DNA of 38,303 nucleotides from Anaerolineales bacterium (GTDB lineage: Bacteria; Chloroflexota; Anaerolineae; B4-G1; SLSP01). The notes below the pieces were generated by a model. The model was not told the DNA's origin, did not search any database, and saw nothing but the letters and a program-made list of their open reading frames with translations. Positions 21,646-30,135 of this stretch are shown one piece after another (position 1 is the first letter of the stretch; every line of letters begins with the position of its first letter). The stretch is from assembly GCA_046541755.1 (NCBI GenBank), contig JBKHCQ010000001.1:1-38303 (forward strand). Direction: 5' to 3'. A program made the position numbers and the translations under genes.

Positions 21646-21770
21646 ATTGGAACCCTGGGATTGGGGGGCGATGGTTGAGAGGCTATTTTGATCATTGGCT
21701 CCCCATCTCAAATCCGCTGAATCATCAGCGACGTTAAATTTTGTTAGGATGGGGTTTTTAGGAGGATTGA

Positions 21771-22178
21771 ATGGCTAAACGTTCATCTCGACGTAGTAGC
21801 AAGAAAAAAACACGTCGTATGAAGCGGAGTGTCTCGCATGGACATGTCTATGTGCACACGACGTTTAACAATACGATTGTAACCTTCGCCGACACACAAG
21901 GGAATGTATTGCGTTGGGCTAGCGCTGGCTCGGTCGGGTTCAAAGGAACGCGCAAGAGCACGCCCTTTGCCGCGCGATTAGCGGCGGAAAAGGTGGCCCA
22001 AGAGGCGATGGATAACGAGGGAATGCGGGAAGTGGATGTCTTTGTGAAAGGGGCCGGCCCAGGACGCGAAGCTTCGTTGCGTGCTATCGCGGGAAAGGGT
22101 TTGCGAGTCCTTTCCATCGTTGACACGACCCCCATTCCTCACAATGGATGCCGCCCGCCCAAAAAGCGGCGCATATAG
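21771..22178 (+). CDS. rpsK: 30S ribosomal protein S11
   Basis: ...[45 protein letters not shown]... Confidence 0.97.
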   Translation: MAKRSSRRSSKKKTRRMKRSVSHGHVYVHTTFNNTIVTFADTQGNVLRWASAGSVGFKGTRKSTPFAARLAAEKVAQEAMDNEGMREVDVFVKGAGPGREASLRAIAGKGLRVLSIVDTTPIPHNGCRPPKKRRI

Positions 22179-22198
22179 ATAGGCAGACAGGAGGCAAT

Positions 22199-23161
22199 GT
22201 GTTAGTTGCACCAGTGCTGCCCAAAATAGAAATAGACGTTAATACTCAGCATTATGGCCGATATATCATTGGCCCGCTGGAAAGTGGTTATGGCACGACG
22301 CTGGGTAATTCCCTGCGTCGGGTATTACTCTCCTCACTAGAAGGGGCGGCGATCACGGCGATGCGAATCACGGATATCCCTCATGAGTTCACCGCCATTC
22401 CAGGCGTGCAAGAGGACGTGATTCAAGTGATGCTGCGTCTCAAGCAAGTGCGGCTTACAATGAATGGTGAAGGGCCGCAGTACATGGCTCTCCGTGTGGA
22501 AGGGGAAGGCGTCGTCACGGCCGGGGATATTATCGCCCCGCCGGAGATTGAATTGCTGAATCCGGAGTTGTATCTTTTCTATGTTGATGACGAGGAATCT
22601 CATTTGGATTTCGAGTTCACCGTAGAGAAGGGCCGTGGCTATCAACCTGCGGAGCGGCGCGAGCGGGCGCCCATCGGCGTCCTGCCCGTGGATGCAATCT
22701 TCAGCCCGATCCGCAGAGTGACATTCCATGTGGATCAGGCCCGTGTCGGGCAGTTGACCAACTATGACCGGCTTACGATGGATATCTGGACGGACGGTCG
22801 TGTGGAGCCGTTGGATGCGTTGAAACAATCGGCCCGCGTGCTGGTAAAGCACCTGCGACTTGTCGCCGGCGCGGAGGTCGAAGAAGAGATCGAATCGGAA
22901 GAAGAAACTGAAGAAGAGGAAATTCCACATCAGGCCTATGCTACACCTATCGAGGATTTGGGATTGAGTGTGCGCGTCTATAATGCGTTGAAGCGCACAG
23001 GCATCTCCAATGTGGGCGAGGTCCTGGAAATGTTGGCGCGCGGTACGGATGCACTGTTGGCCGTACGTAACTTCGGTGAAAAATCGCTGGAAGAGGTCAT
23101 TGAGCTACTGGAAGACAGGGATTTCTTGACTGAGGGAGAAGTGGAAGAAGTGACGTTGTAG
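22199..23161 (+). CDS. rpoA: DNA-directed RNA polymerase subunit alpha (GTG start at 22199)
   Basis: ...GRYIIGPLESGYGTTLGNSLRRVLLSSLEGAAI...; C-terminal domain LGLSVRVYNALKRTGISNVGEVL. CAGGAGG SD at 22188-22194. The track start at 22148 overlaps rpsK. Confidence 0.95.
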   Translation: MLVAPVLPKIEIDVNTQHYGRYIIGPLESGYGTTLGNSLRRVLLSSLEGAAITAMRITDIPHEFTAIPGVQEDVIQVMLRLKQVRLTMNGEGPQYMALRVEGEGVVTAGDIIAPPEIELLNPELYLFYVDDEESHLDFEFTVEKGRGYQPAERRERAPIGVLPVDAIFSPIRRVTFHVDQARVGQLTNYDRLTMDIWTDGRVEPLDALKQSARVLVKHLRLVAGAEVEEEIESEEETEEEEIPHQAYATPIEDLGLSVRVYNALKRTGISNVGEVLEMLARGTDALLAVRNFGEKSLEEVIELLEDRDFLTEGEVEEVTL

Positions 23162-23331
23162 CCAGGGCGGAGGTTGTCTTTTTGGCGCTTCGTGCTATGA
23201 TACCGCGCTGTTGAAGGCTCTGAGGTTAAAGCCGTTCCAAGAAATAAAATTCCCAAAAACGGGCGGTTTTCTGAGAAAAATATCAGGTTTGGGAGGCTTA
23301 AATCCTGGAACTTCTTATAGGGAGGTGAAAA

Positions 23332-23718
23332 ATGCGACATCGAGTCGCGGGTAAAAAACTAAATCGATCATCGAGCCATCGGACCGCTCTGCGACGTAAT
23401 TTGATCAAGGAATTGTTCCGTCACGGGCAAATTCGCACCACGCGAGCTAAGGCCGAGGCGGTTCAAGGACAATCCGAGAAGATGATTACCATCGCCAAGC
23501 GCGGGATTGCGTCTGGCGATCCAGTGAAGGAACTCAATGCGCGACGCCGGGTGGCTTCGCAACTTAATGATCCAGAGGTTGTGCAAAAGTTGTTTGATGA
23601 ACTTGCTCCTCGCTATATGGATCGTCCGGGTGGTTACACGCGGAGACTAAGGTTAGGATGGCGCAAGGGAGATGCGGCAGAATTAGTTCTGTTGGCATTG
23701 GTTAAGGAAGAACTTTAA
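23332..23718 (+). CDS. rplQ: 50S ribosomal protein L17
   Basis: MRHRVAGKKLNRSSSHRTALRRNLIKELFRHGQIRTT... Confidence 0.96.
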   Translation: MRHRVAGKKLNRSSSHRTALRRNLIKELFRHGQIRTTRAKAEAVQGQSEKMITIAKRGIASGDPVKELNARRRVASQLNDPEVVQKLFDELAPRYMDRPGGYTRRLRLGWRKGDAAELVLLALVKEEL

Positions 23719-23744
23719 CACACGACGTTAGACGGATGTAAACG

Positions 23745-24515
23745 ATGCGATACAAGGCCATCATCGCCTACGACGGAACGGCGTATGCAGGCTTTCAGCG
23801 TCAGAAAAACGCCTTCACCATTCAAGAGGAGATTGAGGACGTTTTAGGGACGTTGATGTGCGCATCCATCCGCGTGACGGCCGCCGGACGTACCGACGCG
23901 GGCGTCCACGCCGAAGGCCAAGTGATCGCCTTCGAGGGGGTGTGGCGACATTCCACCGCCGACTTACATCGCGGGATGAACGCCCTGCTCTCCGATCACA
24001 TCGCTATCGTTCATCTGTCTGAAGTCGAGGCGGATTTTCACCCCCGTTTCGACGCGGTGCGTCGTCAGTATCGGTACACAATTTACCAGGCCCCGATTCC
24101 CAACCCATTGGTTCAGCGCACCAGCTTGCACATCTCACAGGCGTTGGATCGCGAAGCGATGCAGGCCGCGGCGGGAACTTTGGTGGGGCGGCACGATTTC
24201 GCTGCGTTTGGTTCACCGCCTCAAGGACATAATGCTGTTCGGGAGGTCTATCGCGCAGCGTGGTCGTGGGCCGAAGGGACAGCTTATGGCCGCTTGGGTG
24301 ATCGAAGCGCACACACGTGGTTGTACTTTGATATCGAAGCCAACGCATTTTTATATCGAATGGTAAGAATGTTGGTCGGGACGATGTTGCGGGTTGGCTC
24401 CGGCGCGTTGACGCCGGAGGAATTCGCCGCCATCTTGGATACACAAGATCGCAATCGCGCCGGCCCGGCTATCGCAGCGTGTGGCCTTTCTTTGCAGGCT
24501 GTCCTGTATGAGTAA
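23745..24515 (+). CDS. truA: tRNA pseudouridine(38-40) synthase TruA
   Basis: MRYKAIIAYDGTAYAGFQRQ...AAGRTDAGVHAEGQV...F..NAFLYRMVRMLVGT. Confidence 0.93.
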   Translation: MRYKAIIAYDGTAYAGFQRQKNAFTIQEEIEDVLGTLMCASIRVTAAGRTDAGVHAEGQVIAFEGVWRHSTADLHRGMNALLSDHIAIVHLSEVEADFHPRFDAVRRQYRYTIYQAPIPNPLVQRTSLHISQALDREAMQAAAGTLVGRHDFAAFGSPPQGHNAVREVYRAAWSWAEGTAYGRLGDRSAHTWLYFDIEANAFLYRMVRMLVGTMLRVGSGALTPEEFAAILDTQDRNRAGPAIAACGLSLQAVLYE

Positions 24516-24560
24516 AAAACATAAGGTTATTTGGATCTTATATCAGGGAGTATAGCAAAA

Positions 24561-25007
24561 GTGAAACGAGCAATCTTACACAAGACCTACATGGCCAAGC
24601 CAGGTGAGGTCGAACGAAAATGGTATGTTGTTGATGCAAATGGTCAAACATTAGGGCGATTGGCGACGCAGGTTGCCAGCGTCCTGCGGGGCAAGGGCAA
24701 GCCGAGCTACACGCCCTACACCGATATGGGCGACTATGTCATCGTGGTCAATGCGGAGAAGGTGAATGTTACCGGCCGCAAACTTGATCAGAAATTCTAT
24801 TATCGGCACTCCGGCTATCCCGGTTCATTGAAGGCGGTTTCATTGCGTCGGATGTTGGAATTGCATCCTGAGCGCGTCATCGAGCACGCCGTTAAGGGGA
24901 TGTTGCCGCGTGGCCCATTGGGGCGTCGTATTTACAAGAAGCTCAAGGTGTATCCGGGTGGAGAGCACCCGCATCAGGCGCAGCAGCCTGAGGTTTTAGA
25001 GCTGTAA
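24561..25007 (+). CDS. rplM: 50S ribosomal protein L13 (start uncertain: GTG 24561 preferred, ATG 24591 possible)
   Basis: ...[38 protein letters not shown]... Confidence 0.92.
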   Translation: MKRAILHKTYMAKPGEVERKWYVVDANGQTLGRLATQVASVLRGKGKPSYTPYTDMGDYVIVVNAEKVNVTGRKLDQKFYYRHSGYPGSLKAVSLRRMLELHPERVIEHAVKGMLPRGPLGRRIYKKLKVYPGGEHPHQAQQPEVLEL

Positions 25008-25019
25008 GGAGGCGGATGA

Positions 25020-25406
25020 ATGTATTATGAGGGTTTAGGTCGCCGCAAGACATCGACGGCGCGAGTTCGTCTTTATCCAGATGGAGATGGTCAGATTCTA
25101 GTCAATGGTAAGCCCTATCGCGAGTATTTCTCTCGCGAAATGGATTGGCAGGCTGTTATAGATGCTCTCGAAGCCACCGACACATTGGGAGATTTCAATG
25201 TCACAGTCCAGGCGCGTGGCGGCGGCGTGATGGGGCAGTCCGAAGCTGTGCGGATGGGCGTGGCCCGAGCGCTGCTCAAGGTCAACCCCGAACATCGTCC
25301 TGTGCTACGGCATGCCGGCTTTTTGACCCGCGATCCTCGCATGAAGGAGCGCAAGAAGCCAGGTCTCAAGCGCGCACGCAAGGCGCCGCAATACACCAAG
25401 CGTTAA
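25020..25406 (+). CDS. rpsI: 30S ribosomal protein S9
   Basis: ...GLGRRKTSTARVRLYP...GGGVMGQSEAVRMGVARAL...RDPRMKERKKPGLKRARKAPQYTKR. Confidence 0.97.
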   Translation: MYYEGLGRRKTSTARVRLYPDGDGQILVNGKPYREYFSREMDWQAVIDALEATDTLGDFNVTVQARGGGVMGQSEAVRMGVARALLKVNPEHRPVLRHAGFLTRDPRMKERKKPGLKRARKAPQYTKR

Positions 25407-25461
25407 CGAGTGTCTGGAGGCCCGTCAGCGGGCTGCTATATTCCCGTTAAAACAAAATGCT

Positions 25462-25493
25462 AACAGGTAGGCAGCAATCGCTGCCTACCTGTT
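25462..25493 (+). terminator. Rho-independent terminator after rpsI
   Basis: 14-bp perfect stem AACAGGTAGGCAGC / GCTGCCTACCTGTT, loop AATC, followed by TGTTGTG. Confidence 0.75.
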
Positions 25494-25524
25494 TGTTGTG
25501 TCGCGTGTGAGGAGGGAGTGCTTT

Positions 25525-27000
25525 ATGGGACATTTGACCATCATTGGATTAGGGCCGGGATCGCCCAAAGATCTGACGCGCGAGGCCTGGGAAGTTCTCT
25601 CGCAGCTTGATGAGGTATGGTTGCGCACCACCCATCATCCGGTGGTGCGCAGTTTGCCCGCCGGATTGGACGTGCGCTCCTTCGATCATCTCTATGAAGC
25701 GGCGGAGACCTTCGAGGATGTCTATGTTCAGATCACGGCGCAGATCTTGTCGCTGGCGGCGCGAGCGCAGGGGGTGACCTATGCCGTCCCCGGCCATCCG
25801 CTGATGGGCGAATCGACTGTCACCCGCATTTTATCTGCGACGATGGATCGGGACCTTCCTATTCGGATCGTGGCGGGCCTGAGCTTTTTGGAGCCATCAT
25901 TGACCGCGTTGGCCTATGATGCACTAGATGGCCTGCAAATCATCGATGCGTTGGAGATGCTGGCTCTCCATCATCCGCCGCTTAACTCCGATTTCCCGGC
26001 GTTGATTGGGCAGGTGTATAGTCGTGCCATCGCCTCCGAATTGAAGTTGGTCCTGATGAATCAGTATCCCGATACCCACGAGACCGTGCTCATCGACGCG
26101 GCGGGGACCCCCGCCCAAACGGTGCGCCGCCTCCCGCTCTATGAAATCGACCGTCACCCCGTTTCCCCGCTGACCTCGCTGTACATCGCGCCGTATCTGC
26201 CCCCGGCTTACGCCGATTGCTCGGCGCCGGTGTATGGTAGCTTTCAGGGCTTCCAGAATACCATCGCGCAGCTCCGCGCGCCTGATGGCTGCCCATGGGA
26301 TCGCAAGCAGACTCATGCCTCGCTTCGCCCTAATCTCTTGGAAGAGACTTACGAGGTGTTGGCCGCGATTGATGAAGATGACACGGATGCGCTCCGCGAG
26401 GAGTTGGGCGATTTGTTGTTGCAGGTGGTGTTGCAGACCCAAATCGCCATCGAAAGTGGAGAGTTTGATATGGCGGAGGTCATCGCCGGCATCGACGCGA
26501 AGCTCAAGCATCGCCACCCGCACGTCTGGGGTCAGGTCGAGGTGGACGGCGCAGAAACCGTGACCAAGAATTGGGAGGCGCTCAAACGCGAGGAGCGCGT
26601 TGCCAATGGGAAGGCAAAGCGCTCAGCACTGGATAGCATTCCCACGGCGCTGCCGGCTTTGGCGCAGGCAATGGCCTACATTGGACGCGCGGCGCGTGTG
26701 GGCGGCGGCTTGAAATCCATCACCGAGGTAGAAACCTACGTCGAGAATACGCTGGCTGCATGGAAGGCGGCGGAATCTCAGCGAGAGCAACATCGCGCGA
26801 TAGGAGAATTGCTCCTGGCCCTCGTGGCCTGGGCGCAATGGCGCGAGGTGGACCCCGAAAGCGCCCTCCGTGAAGCGAACCTCCGTTTTGTCCGCCACTT
26901 CCGGCAGCTTGAATCTCTGGCCAGAGAACGCGGCGTCTCGATAGCGGATCTCGCGCCGGAAAAGCGCGCGCAGCTTTGGGCGCGGACAATGGAATTGTAG
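25525..27000 (+). CDS. YabN-like fusion: tetrapyrrole (corrin/porphyrin)-type SAM methylase domain + MazG nucleoside-triphosphate pyrophosphohydrolase domain
   Basis: N-terminus LTIIGLGPGSPKDLT (TP-methylase GxGPG motif). C-terminal half has CPWDRKQTHASLRPNLLEETYEVLAAIDEDD...LREELGDLLLQV (MazG EExxE/D signature). GAGGAGGGAG SD precedes ATG 25525. Confidence 0.85.
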   Translation: MGHLTIIGLGPGSPKDLTREAWEVLSQLDEVWLRTTHHPVVRSLPAGLDVRSFDHLYEAAETFEDVYVQITAQILSLAARAQGVTYAVPGHPLMGESTVTRILSATMDRDLPIRIVAGLSFLEPSLTALAYDALDGLQIIDALEMLALHHPPLNSDFPALIGQVYSRAIASELKLVLMNQYPDTHETVLIDAAGTPAQTVRRLPLYEIDRHPVSPLTSLYIAPYLPPAYADCSAPVYGSFQGFQNTIAQLRAPDGCPWDRKQTHASLRPNLLEETYEVLAAIDEDDTDALREELGDLLLQVVLQTQIAIESGEFDMAEVIAGIDAKLKHRHPHVWGQVEVDGAETVTKNWEALKREERVANGKAKRSALDSIPTALPALAQAMAYIGRAARVGGGLKSITEVETYVENTLAAWKAAESQREQHRAIGELLLALVAWAQWREVDPESALREANLRFVRHFRQLESLARERGVSIADLAPEKRAQLWARTMEL

Positions 27001-27044
27001 AAACATCACGGGACACGGATCGGCGTCCTCTCTATTTTTACAAA

Positions 27045-27079
27045 AAACGCCTCCTGACAAAAACTGTCAGGAGGCGTTT
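27045..27079. terminator. Bidirectional intrinsic terminator between the convergent mazG-fusion and trxA genes
   Basis: 15-bp perfect stem AAACGCCTCCTGACA / TGTCAGGAGGCGTTT with a 5-nt loop. An A-run lies on the left (a T-run for the minus-strand transcript) and TTTC on the right. Confidence 0.8.
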
Positions 27080-27101
27080 CTCGTTCAAAGTCTGGAGTTT
27101 C

Positions 27102-27422
27102 TTACAGATGAGGTTTCAGGGCCTTCTCCAGTTGCTCCTCCGTCTTATTCCCCACCATACGATGGACTTCCTCCCCGTCCTTGAAGAGGATCATCGTGGG
27201 AATGTTCATCACGCTGTACTCAGTCGCCAGCTTGGACTCTTCGACATTGGCCTTGACGACCTTGAGCTTTCCCGCCATCTTTGGAGCAAATTTTTCCAGC
27301 GTGGGGCCGAGCGCGCGACAGGGTGGACACCACTCTGCCCAGAAATCGACCAGCACCGGCAATGAAGCGTTAACAACCTCTTCCTCAAAGTTTTCTTTTG
27401 TGATTGCCGTCAATTCTCCCAT
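27102..27422 (-). CDS. trxA: Thioredoxin with a WCPPC active site
   Basis: 106 aa: ...LPVLVDFWAEWCPPCRALGPTLEKFA...NIPTMILFKDGE... Confidence 0.93.
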   Translation of the reverse strand: MGELTAITKENFEEEVVNASLPVLVDFWAEWCPPCRALGPTLEKFAPKMAGKLKVVKANVEESKLATEYSVMNIPTMILFKDGEEVHRMVGNKTEEQLEKALKPHL

Positions 27423-27500
27423 AGATTTATCTCCCCTTTTGGATAGTCTTAATGGTTGCTACAACAGATTTCGTCAAGTATGGCATAGCCGAGTTGATTG

Positions 27501-28235
27501 TCAAGTCAGATGTTTTGTGGCAGTGATCAAAAAGAATGGCAGATGTACCACCTGCGACCACGACCCTGTAAGCGTCTTGGCTTGGCGCTCGATGTGATCG
27601 AGTTGGGCGCGCTCTTCTGGGGTGAGGGGCAGCCCGCGCAATAGATCAAAGCGCTGGGTGGCCGGCGGGCGCAGCGAGTCGAAGAGATCGACCCGCACCT
27701 CGAAGCCCTGCTCGGCGCACAGGCCGGGGAACTTGCGCCCCACCTGTGGATCGGCGCCCGCGCGCTGTAGCCCCGCGATCCACAACTCGCGGGTGGCGAT
27801 CTCTGACGGATGTTCCATCATCCCGCCGTAGTCCGGCGCCAGTGCGATCCACACGCCGTCGGCCATCAGAACGCGCCAGACCTCCCGCACAGCAGCCGCG
27901 ACGTCGTCGATCCAGAGCGTGGTCAGTTGGGAGAAGACGAGATCGAAGTGGGCCGCTCGAAAGGGCAACCGCCGGGCGTCGCCGCCGACTAAAAGCGTGC
28001 CCTCGGTCTGGATTTCGCCCAGAGCCGCGACCGCGCGATCTAAGGCGATGACCGCGCCCTCGGCGCGGCGCACCAACTCGGCGGTGACGGCGCCGCGCCC
28101 CGCGCCCAGATCCAGAACGCGCCGCCGGCGTGCGATGTGGATGCGCCGCAGAAGGCGCGCGCGGGCCGGCGCCAACCACTCGGCCTGATGCGCCAACAGC
28201 GCCGCCGAGGGCGCGGCGGAAGTCGAGGACATCAT
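27501..28235 (-). CDS. Class I SAM-dependent methyltransferase (start trimmed to ATG 28235, 7 nt after the upstream stop)
   Basis: VLDLGAGRGAVTAEL (motif I GxGxG), ...VIALD..., ...FDLVFSQLTTLWIDD..., ...VLMADGVWIA. The track start at 28313 overlaps the upstream gene. Confidence 0.85.
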   Translation of the reverse strand: MMSSTSAAPSAALLAHQAEWLAPARARLLRRIHIARRRRVLDLGAGRGAVTAELVRRAEGAVIALDRAVAALGEIQTEGTLLVGGDARRLPFRAAHFDLVFSQLTTLWIDDVAAAVREVWRVLMADGVWIALAPDYGGMMEHPSEIATRELWIAGLQRAGADPQVGRKFPGLCAEQGFEVRVDLFDSLRPPATQRFDLLRGLPLTPEERAQLDHIERQAKTLTGSWSQVVHLPFFLITATKHLT

Positions 28236-28242
28236 CGTGTCG

Positions 28243-30135
28243 CTATCTGCCGCCGCCCGCGCAGGCGCACGCGCAAGCACACCCGGCGCACGCGCACGCG
28301 CATCCACTCCCACCGCCGCTGTCGCCGCTCTTCGAGGATTCCATCAGCGCGGTGAAGACATCGCCCGTGACCTTATCCACGCCGCTGAGATCGACGACGC
28401 CGCCCTTGACTTGGGGCGCTTGCAAGGAGCCAGGCAGGATCGCGGCGGCCATGCCGCCCATCGTGCTCTCGGCCCAGCCGGCAAATGAGGCGCCCACGTC
28501 GCCAAAGGTCGTGCGCCCGCCGCCGCTGCTGCTCTTGCCGCCGCCTATCGAAGGGCCGCCGCTGCTTGTCGCGGGGCGCATGGCGTGGCGCGCCCAGATC
28601 GGCCAATAGTGATGGCCGTGGTGGGTCATGACGGTGGGGTACTCCTCGTTCATCATCACCCACGGCAGGTACTTATCCAGATATTTCTCCCGCTGCTCGA
28701 TCTCGCCGATGGACGACGCCTGTTTCATCGCCCGGTCCATCACCCGGCGATAATAATCCTGCGTGTCGGAGAGATCAAAGCCCTTCATCTTGGCGGCCGC
28801 GATCTTGATCAGCCACTCCATCGGCTTACTGAAATCGATCTCCTGCACCGGCTTGTCCGAGTGCTGCTCGATGAGATCTAAGAAGCGATCCTCATAGCTG
28901 TGGACGACGGTCCCCTTGCGTTGCGCGACGTTTTGGCGATAGGCGCGGCGTTCCTTGATGGTGTCCAAGTCCGATTGGTCCATTACCTTGAAATCCTCGG
29001 CGACCTTGACCTGGAGCGGATCGGCCTGCTCTTGCTCTAAAAGGCCCTTCTCCAAGAGGCCGAAGATCACCAGGGTGAGCACTTTGTTGAGCGGCATCTC
29101 CAGAATGATCGCCGCCTCGGGCGCTGTCAGCCCGCGCTTGATGCCGCCGCCCTCGACCTCGGCAATCGCCGGCAGGTAAGTGCGCTTCTTGCGCTTGCCC
29201 TTGTGTTTCCGCAGGGTGGTTTCATTGAAGAGGGTGAGCGCGATTAGAATTGGGATGCTGAAGAGTACCATCAGCGGGCCGATGAAAAAGAGGAAAACCG
29301 CGCCGCCCAGCAGCAGGACGTAGACGGTGCAGCCGGTGCCGCCCGTGAATCGGAAGAAGAGGAAGCTAAGGAGGGCGATGTTGAACGCGCCCAGCATCAG
29401 ATAGACCATCGGGTTGTCGGTGAGCCATTTGTTAGTCAGTTGGAAGATGTTCATCGTGATGACGTTCTGCATCACGCGCTTGGGGAAGGAAACGCCGACC
29501 AGATGCTCCCGCGTGATTTTGGTCTCCGGCCATTCCCAGAGCGCGACGACGCGGTCGTTAAAGAGGGCCTTGTTGGTAAATTCCTCTTTCTGATAGACGA
29601 CCTCATCCGGCTCGACGCCTTCGGGGATGTGGATGGCCAGTTGGAGATGGGTCGTGCCCCGCACCAAGTCGCTATCGAACCACGTGGGCGTGATCTGGAG
29701 CGAGGCTTTCTCTTTGTCCGTGGTATCTTGATAGACCATATCGGGCATCGTGAACTCGAAGTGAAGTGTGCCCTGCTCGCCACGCCCGATCTCCTGGCCG
29801 TCGAGATGTACCTCCACGCCGGTATCGATGTATTCGGATGTGCGAATATCCGTCAGCGGTTCCCCATCGATGGAGGCGCTCATATTGCCGATGTCGTAAT
29901 TATCGTGTGGCGTCCCGATGTCCACCACGTCGATGGGGTCGCCGTGATTTTCGAAGGTGATGTCATAGACGATGCGGACGGAGGCGTCGGGCTGGACGTA
30001 GACCTGCATCTGCATTTGGGGGACGGCGAAGCTGTAGCTTTGCGCCAGTATGGGATTCCCAACCAGCGTGAGCAGTAGCACAATCACCGGGATGAGCGCG
30101 AGATGTCGTAAGCTTCTCTTCATGTTCATTTTCAT
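28243..30135 (-). CDS. DUF2207-like polytopic membrane protein with a Gly/Ser-rich region and a C-terminal alternating Cys-Ala tail (GCACACAGCACACACAGGGR)
   Basis: 630 aa. It has an N-terminal signal/anchor (LALIPVIVLLLTLVGNPILA) and a beta-rich ectodomain with a DUF2207-like opening (YSFAVPQMQMQVYVQPDASVRIVYDITFEN...). Three hydrophobic helices span about aa 245-310 and are followed by KHKGKRKKR. A soluble domain of about 300 aa follows, then GGPSIGGGKSSSGGG...SGDSGGGSG and the Cys-Ala tail. ATGA overlap with the upstream gene. Confidence 0.75.
   Translation of the reverse strand: MKMNMKRSLRHLALIPVIVLLLTLVGNPILAQSYSFAVPQMQMQVYVQPDASVRIVYDITFENHGDPIDVVDIGTPHDNYDIGNMSASIDGEPLTDIRTSEYIDTGVEVHLDGQEIGRGEQGTLHFEFTMPDMVYQDTTDKEKASLQITPTWFDSDLVRGTTHLQLAIHIPEGVEPDEVVYQKEEFTNKALFNDRVVALWEWPETKITREHLVGVSFPKRVMQNVITMNIFQLTNKWLTDNPMVYLMLGAFNIALLSFLFFRFTGGTGCTVYVLLLGGAVFLFFIGPLMVLFSIPILIALTLFNETTLRKHKGKRKKRTYLPAIAEVEGGGIKRGLTAPEAAIILEMPLNKVLTLVIFGLLEKGLLEQEQADPLQVKVAEDFKVMDQSDLDTIKERRAYRQNVAQRKGTVVHSYEDRFLDLIEQHSDKPVQEIDFSKPMEWLIKIAAAKMKGFDLSDTQDYYRRVMDRAMKQASSIGEIEQREKYLDKYLPWVMMNEEYPTVMTHHGHHYWPIWARHAMRPATSSGGPSIGGGKSSSGGGRTTFGDVGASFAGWAESTMGGMAAAILPGSLQAPQVKGGVVDLSGVDKVTGDVFTALMESSKSGDSGGGSGCACACAGCACACACAGGGR
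28258..28303 (-). repeat. Coding microrepeat (TGC-GCN)n that specifies 7 Cys alternating with Ala/Gly; includes an 18-nt perfectly alternating purine/pyrimidine tract (28286-28303)
   Basis: Codon-by-codon read: Cys codons at 28261, 28267, 28273, 28279, 28288, 28294 and 28300 (plus-strand 'gca'/'aca'). Confidence 0.85.

Noticed and set aside
21700-21760. Possible hairpin CCCCATC...GATGGGG+TTTTT between rpsM and rpsK, considered as an internal terminator.
   Set aside because: The stem is short and imperfect, with a loop of more than 30 nt. The T-run merges into the rpsK SD (TTTTTAGGAGG). The evidence is not strong enough to call.
28130-28609. + strand ORFs (159 aa, 72 aa, 83 aa) across the Cys-Ala tail region, considered as possible small precursor genes.
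   Set aside because: They have Arg/Pro/Ala-rich composition and no SD. They are antisense to two well-supported minus-strand genes. No separate short precursor ORF could be supported anywhere in 27.5-33.7 kb.
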